64,000 nt of DNA from positions 33,944 through 97,943 of the forward strand of contig CAMOOR010000002.1 in assembly GCA_946621635.1 (NCBI GenBank), read 5' to 3'. Under the pieces are notes generated by a model. The model saw nothing but the letters and a program-made list of their open reading frames with translations. It did no database searches and was not told where the DNA came from. A program made the position numbers and the translations under genes. The stretch comes from an uncultured Bacteroidales bacterium (GTDB lineage: Bacteria; Bacteroidota; Bacteroidia; Bacteroidales; P3). This document shows, in pieces, positions 52,726 to 61,113 of this stretch. The first letter of the stretch is position 1. Each line of letters begins with the position of its first letter.

Positions 52726-54477
52726 TCACACTTTCTTCGCCGTCTTCCAGTCGGTGGGGCGGCCGTCCTCGTTTATGTCCATCTTGCCGTCGGCAAGGGT
52801 CTTCTTCAGCTTGAGCAGGGCCACCTTGGTCTCGGCAGTGGTCTCGCCGAGGAGCGAGGCGATCTCCTGCGCCACACGCATCTGCTTCATGATGAGCTCG
52901 TCGGTGGTGCTGATGGTATCCATCTTCACCTTGTCGAGCTTCTTGTCGTAGTTCACCTCGTCGCTGATGTCCTTCATCAGGCCGAAGAGCAGTCCCTGCT
53001 CGCCGAGCCAACTGACGGTCAGCGAGATATAGCGGTCGGTGGAGCTGATGTGCAGGCAGCGGTTCTCGGTGCGGCGGTGCTGGTTGTAGGCGTTGTAGAA
53101 CTCCAGCGGGGGGAAGTACTGCGCCACGGCACGGCCCACATTGTCCTCCGGGCGGCCGGCCATGCCGAGGAGTTTCATGGCGGTGGCATTGCAGTCCACG
53201 ATGTTCATGTCGCCGTCGACGATGATGACACCCTCGGGCGAGTTGCGCACAATGTCCACAGCCAGGCTCTCGGCACGCTTGCGCATATAGGGCAGGCAGA
53301 TGTCGATGTCGGCGTAGCCGTTGACCACGGCCCAGGCCTTCTCGCGGCAGGTGCTGTAGCCGCAGGCGCCACAGTTGAGCTCGTCCTCCTTGGAGTACTT
53401 GCCCGTGCGGTGGAGCACATCCTCGATTTCCTGTTCCGAAGCGGGACGGCTCTTGGCACGCAGGCGCGGATGGGCGTAGGCCAGGTTCACGCCCGCGTCG
53501 GGGGCGGGGCGCATGGGATGCGTGGCCTTGTCGTGGGCCACATAGACGTCGATGTCGGCCTCGGCCTTCACCATGCCGCCGGGACGGGCTATCGACTTGG
53601 GACCGTTGATGCAGCCGCCGGGGCAGGTGTTCATCTCGATGAAGACATGGTCGAGGCTCTCGATGTTTTCCAACACGTCGGTCAGGCGGTCGATGCCGTC
53701 CACGGCCATATAGGTATAGCCCTCGGGCAGGGCGTCGAAAGAGCGGATGATGCCCCTAGTGACGGGGAAGGCCTTGGCCAGGTTCACGCCGCCGCCGTCG
53801 CCGGCAATGGCCAGGCGGTTGATGGAACCGAGGTCGATGCCGTTCTCCTCGAAGAGCGAAAGCAGTTCGTCGAAGGTCAGCACCCCGTCGATGCCGTGCT
53901 CGTCGGCCTCGCGCTTCTTGGCCAGGCAGGGACCGACGAAGACCACCTTCAGCGAGGGGTCGTTCTTGCGCAGCATCTTGGCGTGGGCCGTCATGGGCGA
54001 ATCGACGGGCGCCAGGTAGGGCAACGCCTTGGGGTAGTACATCTGTATGAGGCGGCAGGCAGCCGGGCATGCGGAGGTGATGAAGTTGCGCATCTCGCCC
54101 TTGGCAAGCACGCGCTTGTATTCCTCCACCACGGCCTGGGCACCCAGGGCGGTCTCCTCGACCACCGAGAAGCCCAGCTTGGCCATCGCTATGCGCACCA
54201 TCTGGAAGTCGTCGACCCCCAGACTGCTCACAAACGACGGCGCCACCGAGGCGGCCACATGGCCCTCGCGCAGCAGTGCGCGCACCTTGTCCAGCCCGCT
54301 CACAGCCACCTTGGCCTCCTGAGGGCAGGCCAGGGTGCAGTGGCCACAGAGGATGCAGTGCTCCTCAATGACGCTGGCGTGATGTCCTTTGACTTCGATT
54401 GCCTTCACGGGACACTCGCGAAGGCAGCGGTAGCAATCCTTGCATTGGACAATGCGAGATTCGATATAGTTTGCCAT
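52726..54477 (-). CDS. Putative sensory [FeFe]-hydrogenase (HydS-like): ferredoxin plus variant H-domain plus PAS
   Basis: The H-domain has TSACPAA (first Cys of the CC pair replaced by Ala), GPCLAKK and EMNTCPGGCINGP. A PAS-like segment follows (DIVRNSPEGVIIVDGDMNIVDCN), then a helical tail. Confidence 0.8.
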   Translation of the reverse strand: MANYIESRIVQCKDCYRCLRECPVKAIEVKGHHASVIEEHCILCGHCTLACPQEAKVAVSGLDKVRALLREGHVAASVAPSFVSSLGVDDFQMVRIAMAKLGFSVVEETALGAQAVVEEYKRVLAKGEMRNFITSACPAACRLIQMYYPKALPYLAPVDSPMTAHAKMLRKNDPSLKVVFVGPCLAKKREADEHGIDGVLTFDELLSLFEENGIDLGSINRLAIAGDGGGVNLAKAFPVTRGIIRSFDALPEGYTYMAVDGIDRLTDVLENIESLDHVFIEMNTCPGGCINGPKSIARPGGMVKAEADIDVYVAHDKATHPMRPAPDAGVNLAYAHPRLRAKSRPASEQEIEDVLHRTGKYSKEDELNCGACGYSTCREKAWAVVNGYADIDICLPYMRKRAESLAVDIVRNSPEGVIIVDGDMNIVDCNATAMKLLGMAGRPEDNVGRAVAQYFPPLEFYNAYNQHRRTENRCLHISSTDRYISLTVSWLGEQGLLFGLMKDISDEVNYDKKLDKVKMDTISTTDELIMKQMRVAQEIASLLGETTAETKVALLKLKKTLADGKMDINEDGRPTDWKTAKKV

Positions 54478-54532
54478 TGTTCTTGTCTTAGGATTTGGGA
54501 CGCAGGCTGCCAGCCTGCGAAAAGTTGTTTTT

Positions 54533-54835
54533 TTAATTGAGTTTCAACGAGGGGTACACCTCCGTGGCAAACAGCTGCTCGGCATTCTCGGCATTCACGC
54601 TGTGCAGGATGAAACCACCCTCCGTCTTCTCCACCTGGGGACCGCCGGCGGCAGGCTGCACACCGTCGCAGTCGACGGTGACGCCCTTGGCGCAATGGCC
54701 CAGGCAGAAACTCGCCTGAAGATCCACAAGGTCTTCTACGTCATACTTTTTCAGTACACGCTTCATTTCTTCTATCACGGCATAGCTCCCTTTCAGATGG
54801 CAGGAGCTGCCGACACATACTTTAATAGCAGTCAT
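54533..54835 (-). CDS. Thioredoxin-like [2Fe-2S] ferredoxin (NuoE/HndA-type)
   Basis: VCVGSSCHLKGS...CLGHCAKG fits the Cx4C...CxxxC pattern. Confidence 0.75.
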   Translation of the reverse strand: MTAIKVCVGSSCHLKGSYAVIEEMKRVLKKYDVEDLVDLQASFCLGHCAKGVTVDCDGVQPAAGGPQVEKTEGGFILHSVNAENAEQLFATEVYPSLKLN

Positions 54836-55350
54836 CTCGTTTTTTTGTTATATTACTCGTTTATATCCTGTCCAAAGATGCAAAAATCAGCGCCATGGGC
54901 CTGATTGCCACGGAAGAAGGAGCCATTGAAGCGTGTGAGTGGGTCGAAGATTGCCGCCAGGCGGCAGGAAGTTCGTTTTCCGTGGCAAAAATCAGGGAGA
55001 CTATGGCACTTTGGTGTTTTTTCTTCAAAAAAAGGCAGCGAAACACTATGAAGAAACACTATGATTTAACGTTAAACGCTTTTTTGCCCGCTGCCCGTCA
55101 AATATTCTATTAATCCTTAAACTATTTCTTTGCTCTATTCTTTTTCAAAGCACTCTTTTTCTCTTTTTGACGGCGCAAAAGTACAAAATAAAATCAATCC
55201 GCCAAATAAAACTTTGTTTTTACCCCTTAACACTCAGATTTCCAGACAGAAAATTTTTCACATTTCGATATATACGTATCGATTTTATTCAGTTTTTCGC
55301 GAAAAATTTATCTATTTACGCCCCCCAGACAAACTCGCCAACCTCAAAAA

Positions 55351-55383
55351 ACGGAGCAAGAACGGAGCAAGAACCAAGAGGTA
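55351..55383 (+). repeat. 11-bp phased ACGGAGC array (2 units plus one degenerate)
   Basis: The units acggagcaaga / acggagcaaga / accaagaggta lie 51 nt upstream of element copy E. Confidence 0.7.
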
Positions 55384-55433
55384 CCATTTTGCATTTTTAC
55401 CTCTGTCAAAACCCTGTTTTCGCCCTATCATCT

Positions 55434-55492
55434 CCTACCATGGTAGGAGTTGGTAAGGAGTTGATAAGGACTTGGTAAGGGGATGGTAAGGG
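55434..55492 (+). repeat. Palindrome plus 11-bp GGTAAGG array element, copy E
   Basis: cctaccatggtagg is followed by agttggtaagg agttgataagg acttggtaagg ggatggtaaggg. Confidence 0.85.
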
Positions 55493-55653
55493 CATCGTGC
55501 TTACACAACCCCTTTCGTTCACAGTGTTTTACGTGCAGAAATTGCCGGCGGGACGCCGGCGCTCCATTCAAGAGCGGGGCGAATTTGACATTTTGTCGCT
55601 TTTTCGTTCCTGTCCGGGGAGGGTGCAGTGTGCCATCGCGAGGGGGTGGGTGG

Positions 55654-57879
55654 TCACTGGCCTGCAGCGCCGCCGTGGGCCTGCCATTCGAGGTCGAGCT
55701 TGCCGAAACGCCAGGAGAGGCCGAAGGTGAGGTAGCGGGAGGAGTAGTGGCGCGTGGTGTAGGCGGCGTAGGTGGGAGCGGAGTCCCAGCTCTGGTAGCG
55801 GTTGGCGTCGAAGAGGTCGCTGACGCTGAGGCGTACGCCCAGACGGCCGTCGAAGAAGGTGGCCGAGGCGCCGAGGTCGACAGTGAGGGCGTACTGCTGT
55901 TCGTAGTAGAGGCCGAGGGTGGGAGTGCCGTAGTTGGCGCTGACTTCGAGGTTGACCAGCTTGGCCACTTTGGTCCACAGGCGAGCGTAGAGCGTCCACG
56001 AAAAACGTTCCTGCCAGGGTTCGCCCTCGACGCGATAGCCTTGCCGGAAGAGGCTGGCGTTGAGGCTCAGGCTGGCCCAGGCGGCGGGGCGGTAGGTGAG
56101 GTTGGCGTCGGCGCCCGTCTTGTAGGAGGAGGCGATGTTGAAGGGCATGGAGTAGGTGATGACGCGTCCCAGGAAGGGGTCGGCCGCGGGTGTCGAGGCG
56201 GTGATGCTCTCGATACCGCCCGAGGTGCTATTGGCGTAGGCTTCGATGCTGACGTTGCCGATTTTCTCGAAATAGCGGTTCCAGGAGAGCGAGGCCTTGT
56301 GGGTGGCGGCGTTGCCGAGATGGCGGTTGCCGACGGAGTAGGAGTCGTCACCATAAATGCGGCTGCGCGTGAGGTCGGCGCCCGAGGGGGTGGAGACGGA
56401 GTAGGAGTAGTTGAAGCGGAAGTAGTGCATGGAGGGGGTGCGATGGGTGAGCGAGAAGGAGGGTTCGAGGGCGACGAAGCGGAAGAGGGTGTCGTCGGGG
56501 AAGAGACCGCGGCCCACGATGCGGAGCCAGTCGTGCGAGGCATGGAGGTCGGCGCCCAGGGTGGTGCGTTCCCACTCGTGGCGCAACGAGAGGCTGGCAT
56601 AGAGGCTTCGGGTGTGGTAGTCGCTCACGTAGTTGCGCAACGTGTCGGGCTGCGTCCCCGCACCGGGGGTTGCGAGGCGAATGTTGCGGTCGCGGTGGCT
56701 GTTTCCGTAGGGGCGACCGCCGAGGCGGATGGAGAGCTCGTCGTGGGGACCGAGGGGTCGGTTGTAACGCAGCGAGAGGTCGACTGTGTTGCGGTTGTAG
56801 TGGTTGTCGTTGGTGCGGTCGTAGGGCTCGAGGAGGAGGGCTGCGGGGTTGCCTTCGGCCAGGGAGATGAGGCGTTGGCTCTCGTTGTGATGGGCGCTGA
56901 ACAGATAGTTCCACGTGCCGCCGAAAGTGATGTTGTGCCCCTTGCGGCCGGGCAGGCGACGCTTGATGTCGAAATTGGTGAAGCCGTTGACGCTGTAGTA
57001 TCGGCTGTCGGAGGTGTCGAGGTAGCGGTAGTGGGCGGTGTCGGGCAGGTAGTCCCACTGATCGTAGCGGTAGCCGAGGTGGTCGTTGTAGCGGCCCTGC
57101 AGCATGTTCCACGACATGAGGCTGAAGTCGGTGAGGGAGTCGATCTTGTAGTCAATGTGGATGTTGTTATTCCCGAAATAGCTCGACCCGTCGGAGTGGC
57201 TGCGGTAGGTGCGTTGGCTGGTGGTGTCGTCGCCGGAGGTGAGGGTGTAGCCTCCTTGGCCGTCGTTGATGAAATGGCTGCGGCTGCCGGCCATGTGGAA
57301 GGAGAACTTCAGGCGGTCGGTGTTGCGCACATAGCTGAACCAGGGCGAGTAGTAGGGGCGCGTGTTGCCGCTGAGGCCCAGGATGAGAAGCTGCGAGGTG
57401 CGCAGGCGGGCCGAGGTGACGATGTTAAGTATGTGGTGTCCTTCGGCCACCATGTATTTGGCCGAGGGGTTCTTGATGACCTCCACCCGGGTCAGCGCCT
57501 CGGCGGGCATGCTCTCGAAAAAGGCTTTCAGCGTGGGGCCGTTCATGCCGGTGGGGCGGCCGTTGAGCCACACGTCGACATGGTCGGAGCCGCGCATGGA
57601 GAGGTTCCCCTCCAGGTCGATCTGCACGGAGGGTGCGTTGCGGATAGCATCCCAGGCGGTGAGGCCAGCCACCGTCTCGTCGTTCTCCACGTTGTAGTTC
57701 ACCACCTCGCCGGTCATGCTGTAGACAGGCTTGGGGGCGGAAATGCTGATTTCCTTCAGCTTCATGAGCTTCATCTTGGCGTCGATGCTGTCCAGGGTGG
57801 CCTGGCTGACGCTATCGGTGCTTTGGGCCCAGGCCAGTGCGGGGAGCAGTGCCAGGGCGAGTAGCAGGGTCTTCTTCAT
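55654..57879 (-). CDS. Outer-membrane beta-barrel / TonB-dependent-receptor-like protein
   Basis: Signal peptide, a plug-like region (NAPSVQIDLEGNLSMRGS) and alternating beta-strand sequence through a ~740-aa protein, with the last barrel-like strand (YLTFGLSWRFGKL) lying about 16 residues before the C-terminus. Confidence 0.7.
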   Translation of the reverse strand: MKKTLLLALALLPALAWAQSTDSVSQATLDSIDAKMKLMKLKEISISAPKPVYSMTGEVVNYNVENDETVAGLTAWDAIRNAPSVQIDLEGNLSMRGSDHVDVWLNGRPTGMNGPTLKAFFESMPAEALTRVEVIKNPSAKYMVAEGHHILNIVTSARLRTSQLLILGLSGNTRPYYSPWFSYVRNTDRLKFSFHMAGSRSHFINDGQGGYTLTSGDDTTSQRTYRSHSDGSSYFGNNNIHIDYKIDSLTDFSLMSWNMLQGRYNDHLGYRYDQWDYLPDTAHYRYLDTSDSRYYSVNGFTNFDIKRRLPGRKGHNITFGGTWNYLFSAHHNESQRLISLAEGNPAALLLEPYDRTNDNHYNRNTVDLSLRYNRPLGPHDELSIRLGGRPYGNSHRDRNIRLATPGAGTQPDTLRNYVSDYHTRSLYASLSLRHEWERTTLGADLHASHDWLRIVGRGLFPDDTLFRFVALEPSFSLTHRTPSMHYFRFNYSYSVSTPSGADLTRSRIYGDDSYSVGNRHLGNAATHKASLSWNRYFEKIGNVSIEAYANSTSGGIESITASTPAADPFLGRVITYSMPFNIASSYKTGADANLTYRPAAWASLSLNASLFRQGYRVEGEPWQERFSWTLYARLWTKVAKLVNLEVSANYGTPTLGLYYEQQYALTVDLGASATFFDGRLGVRLSVSDLFDANRYQSWDSAPTYAAYTTRHYSSRYLTFGLSWRFGKLDLEWQAHGGAAGQ

Positions 57880-57881
57880 GG

Positions 57882-58430
57882 CTATTTCTCTTTTTCGTTC
57901 TTAAACTCGGTCGACAGCATGTGGCCTGCCACCTTGAGGCTCTCGGCGTCGCTGCCGACGAGGAAGGCCAGGACGACCATGCGGTCGGAGGGGCAGTAGA
58001 TGGTGTAGTGGCCGCGGTCGCCCGGCAGGCCGTCGGCGTTGAAGACCACCAGGTGCTTGTGTTCGCGCCAGTACCGCTGCAGCGAGTCGGCCTTCTGCTT
58101 CATCTGTTGCATCGTCCCGTCGGGTATCTTGGGGTGCGAGTCGAGGTCGTCCGACTCGATGCTTATCGAGCCGTCGATATGTGGGCGCGTGGTGGTGTAG
58201 GGCAGCTCGTGCAGCTCGCGGCAGAGGGTGCGGTAGACGGCGGAGTCGTCGGTCTGCAGCAGGGTGACGCAGGCGCTGTCGCCACCGCTCAGGGGGTAGC
58301 GCTCGACGCAGTAGGCCTGCACGCCTGGGCGCGAGGCGTAGCGCTTGTAGAGGCCCGTCTGGGCTTGCAGAGCGGAAAACGGAAAGAGGAAAGAGGAAAA
58401 CAATGCAAGAAAGAGGGCTGTGCGTTTCAT
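57882..58430 (-). CDS. Secreted hypothetical protein in the ECF operon
   Basis: Signal peptide MKRTALFLALFSSFLFPFSALQAQ. The start is the internal Met, which overlaps the upstream stop as ATGA. No family recognised. Confidence 0.45.
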   Translation of the reverse strand: MKRTALFLALFSSFLFPFSALQAQTGLYKRYASRPGVQAYCVERYPLSGGDSACVTLLQTDDSAVYRTLCRELHELPYTTTRPHIDGSISIESDDLDSHPKIPDGTMQQMKQKADSLQRYWREHKHLVVFNADGLPGDRGHYTIYCPSDRMVVLAFLVGSDAESLKVAGHMLSTEFKNEKEK

Positions 58431-58756
58431 GACTGTTGTATTTGTTTGATATGGTTGATATTGTTCCCGATGAGGGCCATCACGTCGTCGGGGTTGCACT
58501 GGCTGTTGCAGTAGATGCCCGGAGCGGGGGTGGAGGCCTGGGCTTCGTTGCTGCGGGGCAGGAACACTATGAGCAGCACGGCGGCCACTGCTGCGGCGGG
58601 CAGGGCAAAGCGGCCCACTTTTCGCAGGCTGGTGGCCCCAGCTGCTCCCCTTTCCAAGGGGAGCTGTCCGAAGGACTGAGGGGTTTCCCCACTCTCCGCT
58701 CTCCGACGGAGGGCGTTGTCATCGTGTATGGATTCTATCAGATGGTCTATATTCAT
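58427..58756 (-). CDS. Putative anti-sigma factor (single-pass membrane protein)
   Basis: It is translationally coupled (4-nt overlap) to the ECF sigma gene and has one TM helix (FALPAAAVAAVLLIVFL). Confidence 0.5.
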   Translation of the reverse strand: MNIDHLIESIHDDNALRRRAESGETPQSFGQLPLERGAAGATSLRKVGRFALPAAAVAAVLLIVFLPRSNEAQASTPAPGIYCNSQCNPDDVMALIGNNINHIKQIQQS

Positions 58757-59223
58757 ATTTCGTTCATTTTTTTCAGTTTCTCTTTGGCGCGGCCGATGCG
58801 TGTGGTGACGTTGGTTTGGCTGAGGCCGAGCATCTGTCCTATCTCGGCCGTGGAGAAGCCGTCGAGGTAGAGCCGCAGCAGCCGCTGGTCGGCCACGGGG
58901 AGCTGCGCTATCAGCGCCCGTAGGTGCGTCGCCTGCTCACGAAGGACGGTGTCGTCGGGCAGGTCGAAAGTGTCGAGGGGAAGGGTTTCCTCCCGTCGCA
59001 CTTTGTGGCGGCGCCAACTGATGGCAGTGTTGAGGGCCACGCGGTAGAGCCATGTGATGGGCCTGTGGTCGGGCCGGTAGCTCTTCCACCCCTGCCAGAG
59101 GTGCAGTAGGATGTCCTGCCGCAGGTCCTCGCGGTCCTCCTTGACGGAACAGAACGAGCGGCACACGCGCTCGATGGCTGCCGTGTGTCGCTCGATAAGT
59201 TCTATGAAGGGGTGTTCGTCCAT
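58753..59223 (-). CDS. ECF-type RNA polymerase sigma-70 family factor
   Basis: Region 2 (DLRQDILLHLWQGWKSYR...WLYRVALNTAISWRR) and region 4 HTH (FSTAEIGQMLGLSQTNVTTRIGRAKEKL). Confidence 0.88.
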   Translation of the reverse strand: MDEHPFIELIERHTAAIERVCRSFCSVKEDREDLRQDILLHLWQGWKSYRPDHRPITWLYRVALNTAISWRRHKVRREETLPLDTFDLPDDTVLREQATHLRALIAQLPVADQRLLRLYLDGFSTAEIGQMLGLSQTNVTTRIGRAKEKLKKMNEI

Positions 59224-59315
59224 TGCCGTTGTTGTTTCTACACCCTTATTAAACGTCCGAAAGTGTGTTTTGTCACAATCAACGTTTTATTTTTTTCCGC
59301 CGGAGGCGGGGAGCG

Positions 59316-61079
59316 TCAGTATTCCACGATGAGCACGCCGCTGACGGCCCAGTGGCTGAACATGCCCTCGACGGGCTTGCCCTGGGGGATGGCGACGGTG
59401 AGGGTGTGCTCGCGGCCGTCGGCCCAAGGCGTGAGGTCGAAGTAGACGGGCTGCGTGGCCGTGCCGGGGCACCAGCCACTGCGCGAGAAGTCGGAACTGC
59501 TGAGGCCGTTCCAGAAGTTGCCGCTGACGGGGTTGAGGTCGCGGTAGCAGCCGCAGTCCTGCCGCCAGGGGGTGTGGGTGAAGGCGGGCTTGCCGTCGAT
59601 GAGGATGGTGTTCTGCTTGGGCACAAACTCGTCGCCCTCGCCCCAGCCGCCGTGGCCGGTGGAGATATAACGCAGTAGCACACGCTTGGCATTTTTGGGA
59701 ATCCACACGCCGCCCCACGTGCTGAGTGAATCAGTAGCAAAAAGTTTGCCGTAGTTCTGCCCAGCCATCTCCAGCACGTTGCAGGTGTTGAAGAGCGCGC
59801 GAATGTAATGTTTCTCGCCACAACTGTCGGGGACCGTATAGTCGTTGGGGTAGGACTTGAGGTCGAGGCTGACAATATGACCGCCTGCGTCATAGTTGCC
59901 TATCCACACACCGATAAGCACGTCGCCCTGCAGCAGCGGGGCCAAATCGCTGACTTCCTGCCGGTAATAGGTCTCGTCGGCCCAGTCAATGCCATAGCCC
60001 GCCATGCGCTCGTTGAAGTGACCCACGCCGAAGGGGGTGAAGAAGCGCATCAATTCGACTGGCGGGTCGTAGACAAATGACGAATAGCTGTATTTTTTTA
60101 GATGGCTGATACCAGAACGTACGCCTTGGTATTTTTCACCGTTGCGGTCAATAAAGAAAGGCAGGGAGTCGGGAGTGCCGTCTATGCCATCGAAGAAGGT
60201 TGGCATGAGGCTATTGGAGAACCCCGGAATGACAAATACGGAACCCGTGCGATCATAGGCGTCGCCGTTGCTGCGTTGGTGTAATTCGAGGAAATGCTGG
60301 TAGTGTTCTGGCAGTACAGGAAGGTGAAGCCTCTTGAGGGCCAGGGTGCCTCCGGCATAGTGAAGCACCGTGTCGAAGGGGATGCTGTCACTCACATGTG
60401 CATTCTGGACACCCCAATGCAGCTGTACGTTGTCGAAGATGCGGGTGGTGACCACGAGGCGCTCTTTCATGATGCGGTCCAGCTGTCGCGGGGAGACCCT
60501 TTGGAGCGCCGGCATCTTGCCGGCATTGGACTTTCTGGCAGACGCTGATGCCGGCGGGACGCCGGCGCTCCATTTCACCTTCTCGGCCTTCGCCAGCACC
60601 AGACGTTTCTGCCCGTTGCGGGTGAACGAGCGCAGCACGCCCTTGTTCAGGCCATAGTAGGGCAGCGGGTTAACGTCGACCAGAGCCTTCTCGTCCATCT
60701 CGAACTCCAGCGTGTTGCTGTTGACGGAGGTTTTCCACTTTCCGTTTTCCACTTTCCACTCCAGGTCGCTGCGCGAGAAGGCGGTGCGGTAGAAGAAGAC
60801 GGAGTCGTCGTAGTAGGCGCTGACCGTTATGCTGTCCTGCGCATAGTCCACCTCGGTGACCGTCTGGGCATAGCCGGGAATGAGCTTGCCCTCGGGCTGC
60901 GGGGTGACGATGGTGATGACGTCGCCCTCGCGGTAGACGGTGACGACCGACGTGTCGTTCCGCTCGCCGTACTCAATCTGCCAGTAGGTGAACTCGTTGG
61001 CACCCTTCGGAATCTTCACATTCTGCGCCGTGGCCACCAGCGGCAGCAGCGCCAGCGCAACACATAAGAGTCTTTTCAT
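59316..61079 (-). CDS. Secreted PNGase-F-like (peptide-N-glycosidase F-related) protein
   Basis: Signal peptide. The C-terminal STGHGGWGEGDEF...WRQDCG...GWCPG resembles the PNGase F C-terminal domain as I remember it. Confidence 0.5.
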   Translation of the reverse strand: MKRLLCVALALLPLVATAQNVKIPKGANEFTYWQIEYGERNDTSVVTVYREGDVITIVTPQPEGKLIPGYAQTVTEVDYAQDSITVSAYYDDSVFFYRTAFSRSDLEWKVENGKWKTSVNSNTLEFEMDEKALVDVNPLPYYGLNKGVLRSFTRNGQKRLVLAKAEKVKWSAGVPPASASARKSNAGKMPALQRVSPRQLDRIMKERLVVTTRIFDNVQLHWGVQNAHVSDSIPFDTVLHYAGGTLALKRLHLPVLPEHYQHFLELHQRSNGDAYDRTGSVFVIPGFSNSLMPTFFDGIDGTPDSLPFFIDRNGEKYQGVRSGISHLKKYSYSSFVYDPPVELMRFFTPFGVGHFNERMAGYGIDWADETYYRQEVSDLAPLLQGDVLIGVWIGNYDAGGHIVSLDLKSYPNDYTVPDSCGEKHYIRALFNTCNVLEMAGQNYGKLFATDSLSTWGGVWIPKNAKRVLLRYISTGHGGWGEGDEFVPKQNTILIDGKPAFTHTPWRQDCGCYRDLNPVSGNFWNGLSSSDFSRSGWCPGTATQPVYFDLTPWADGREHTLTVAIPQGKPVEGMFSHWAVSGVLIVEY

Positions 61080-61113
61080 TGTAGCTGTCTTTTTGTAGGA
61101 GTGTGGGGGGGGG

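Noticed and set aside
55130-55478. 108-aa and 103-aa ORFs in the AT-rich spacer upstream of the hydrogenase operon
   Set aside because: Their sequence is low-complexity and the two ORFs overlap each other. They run through the repeat elements and show no motifs, so they are most likely non-coding.
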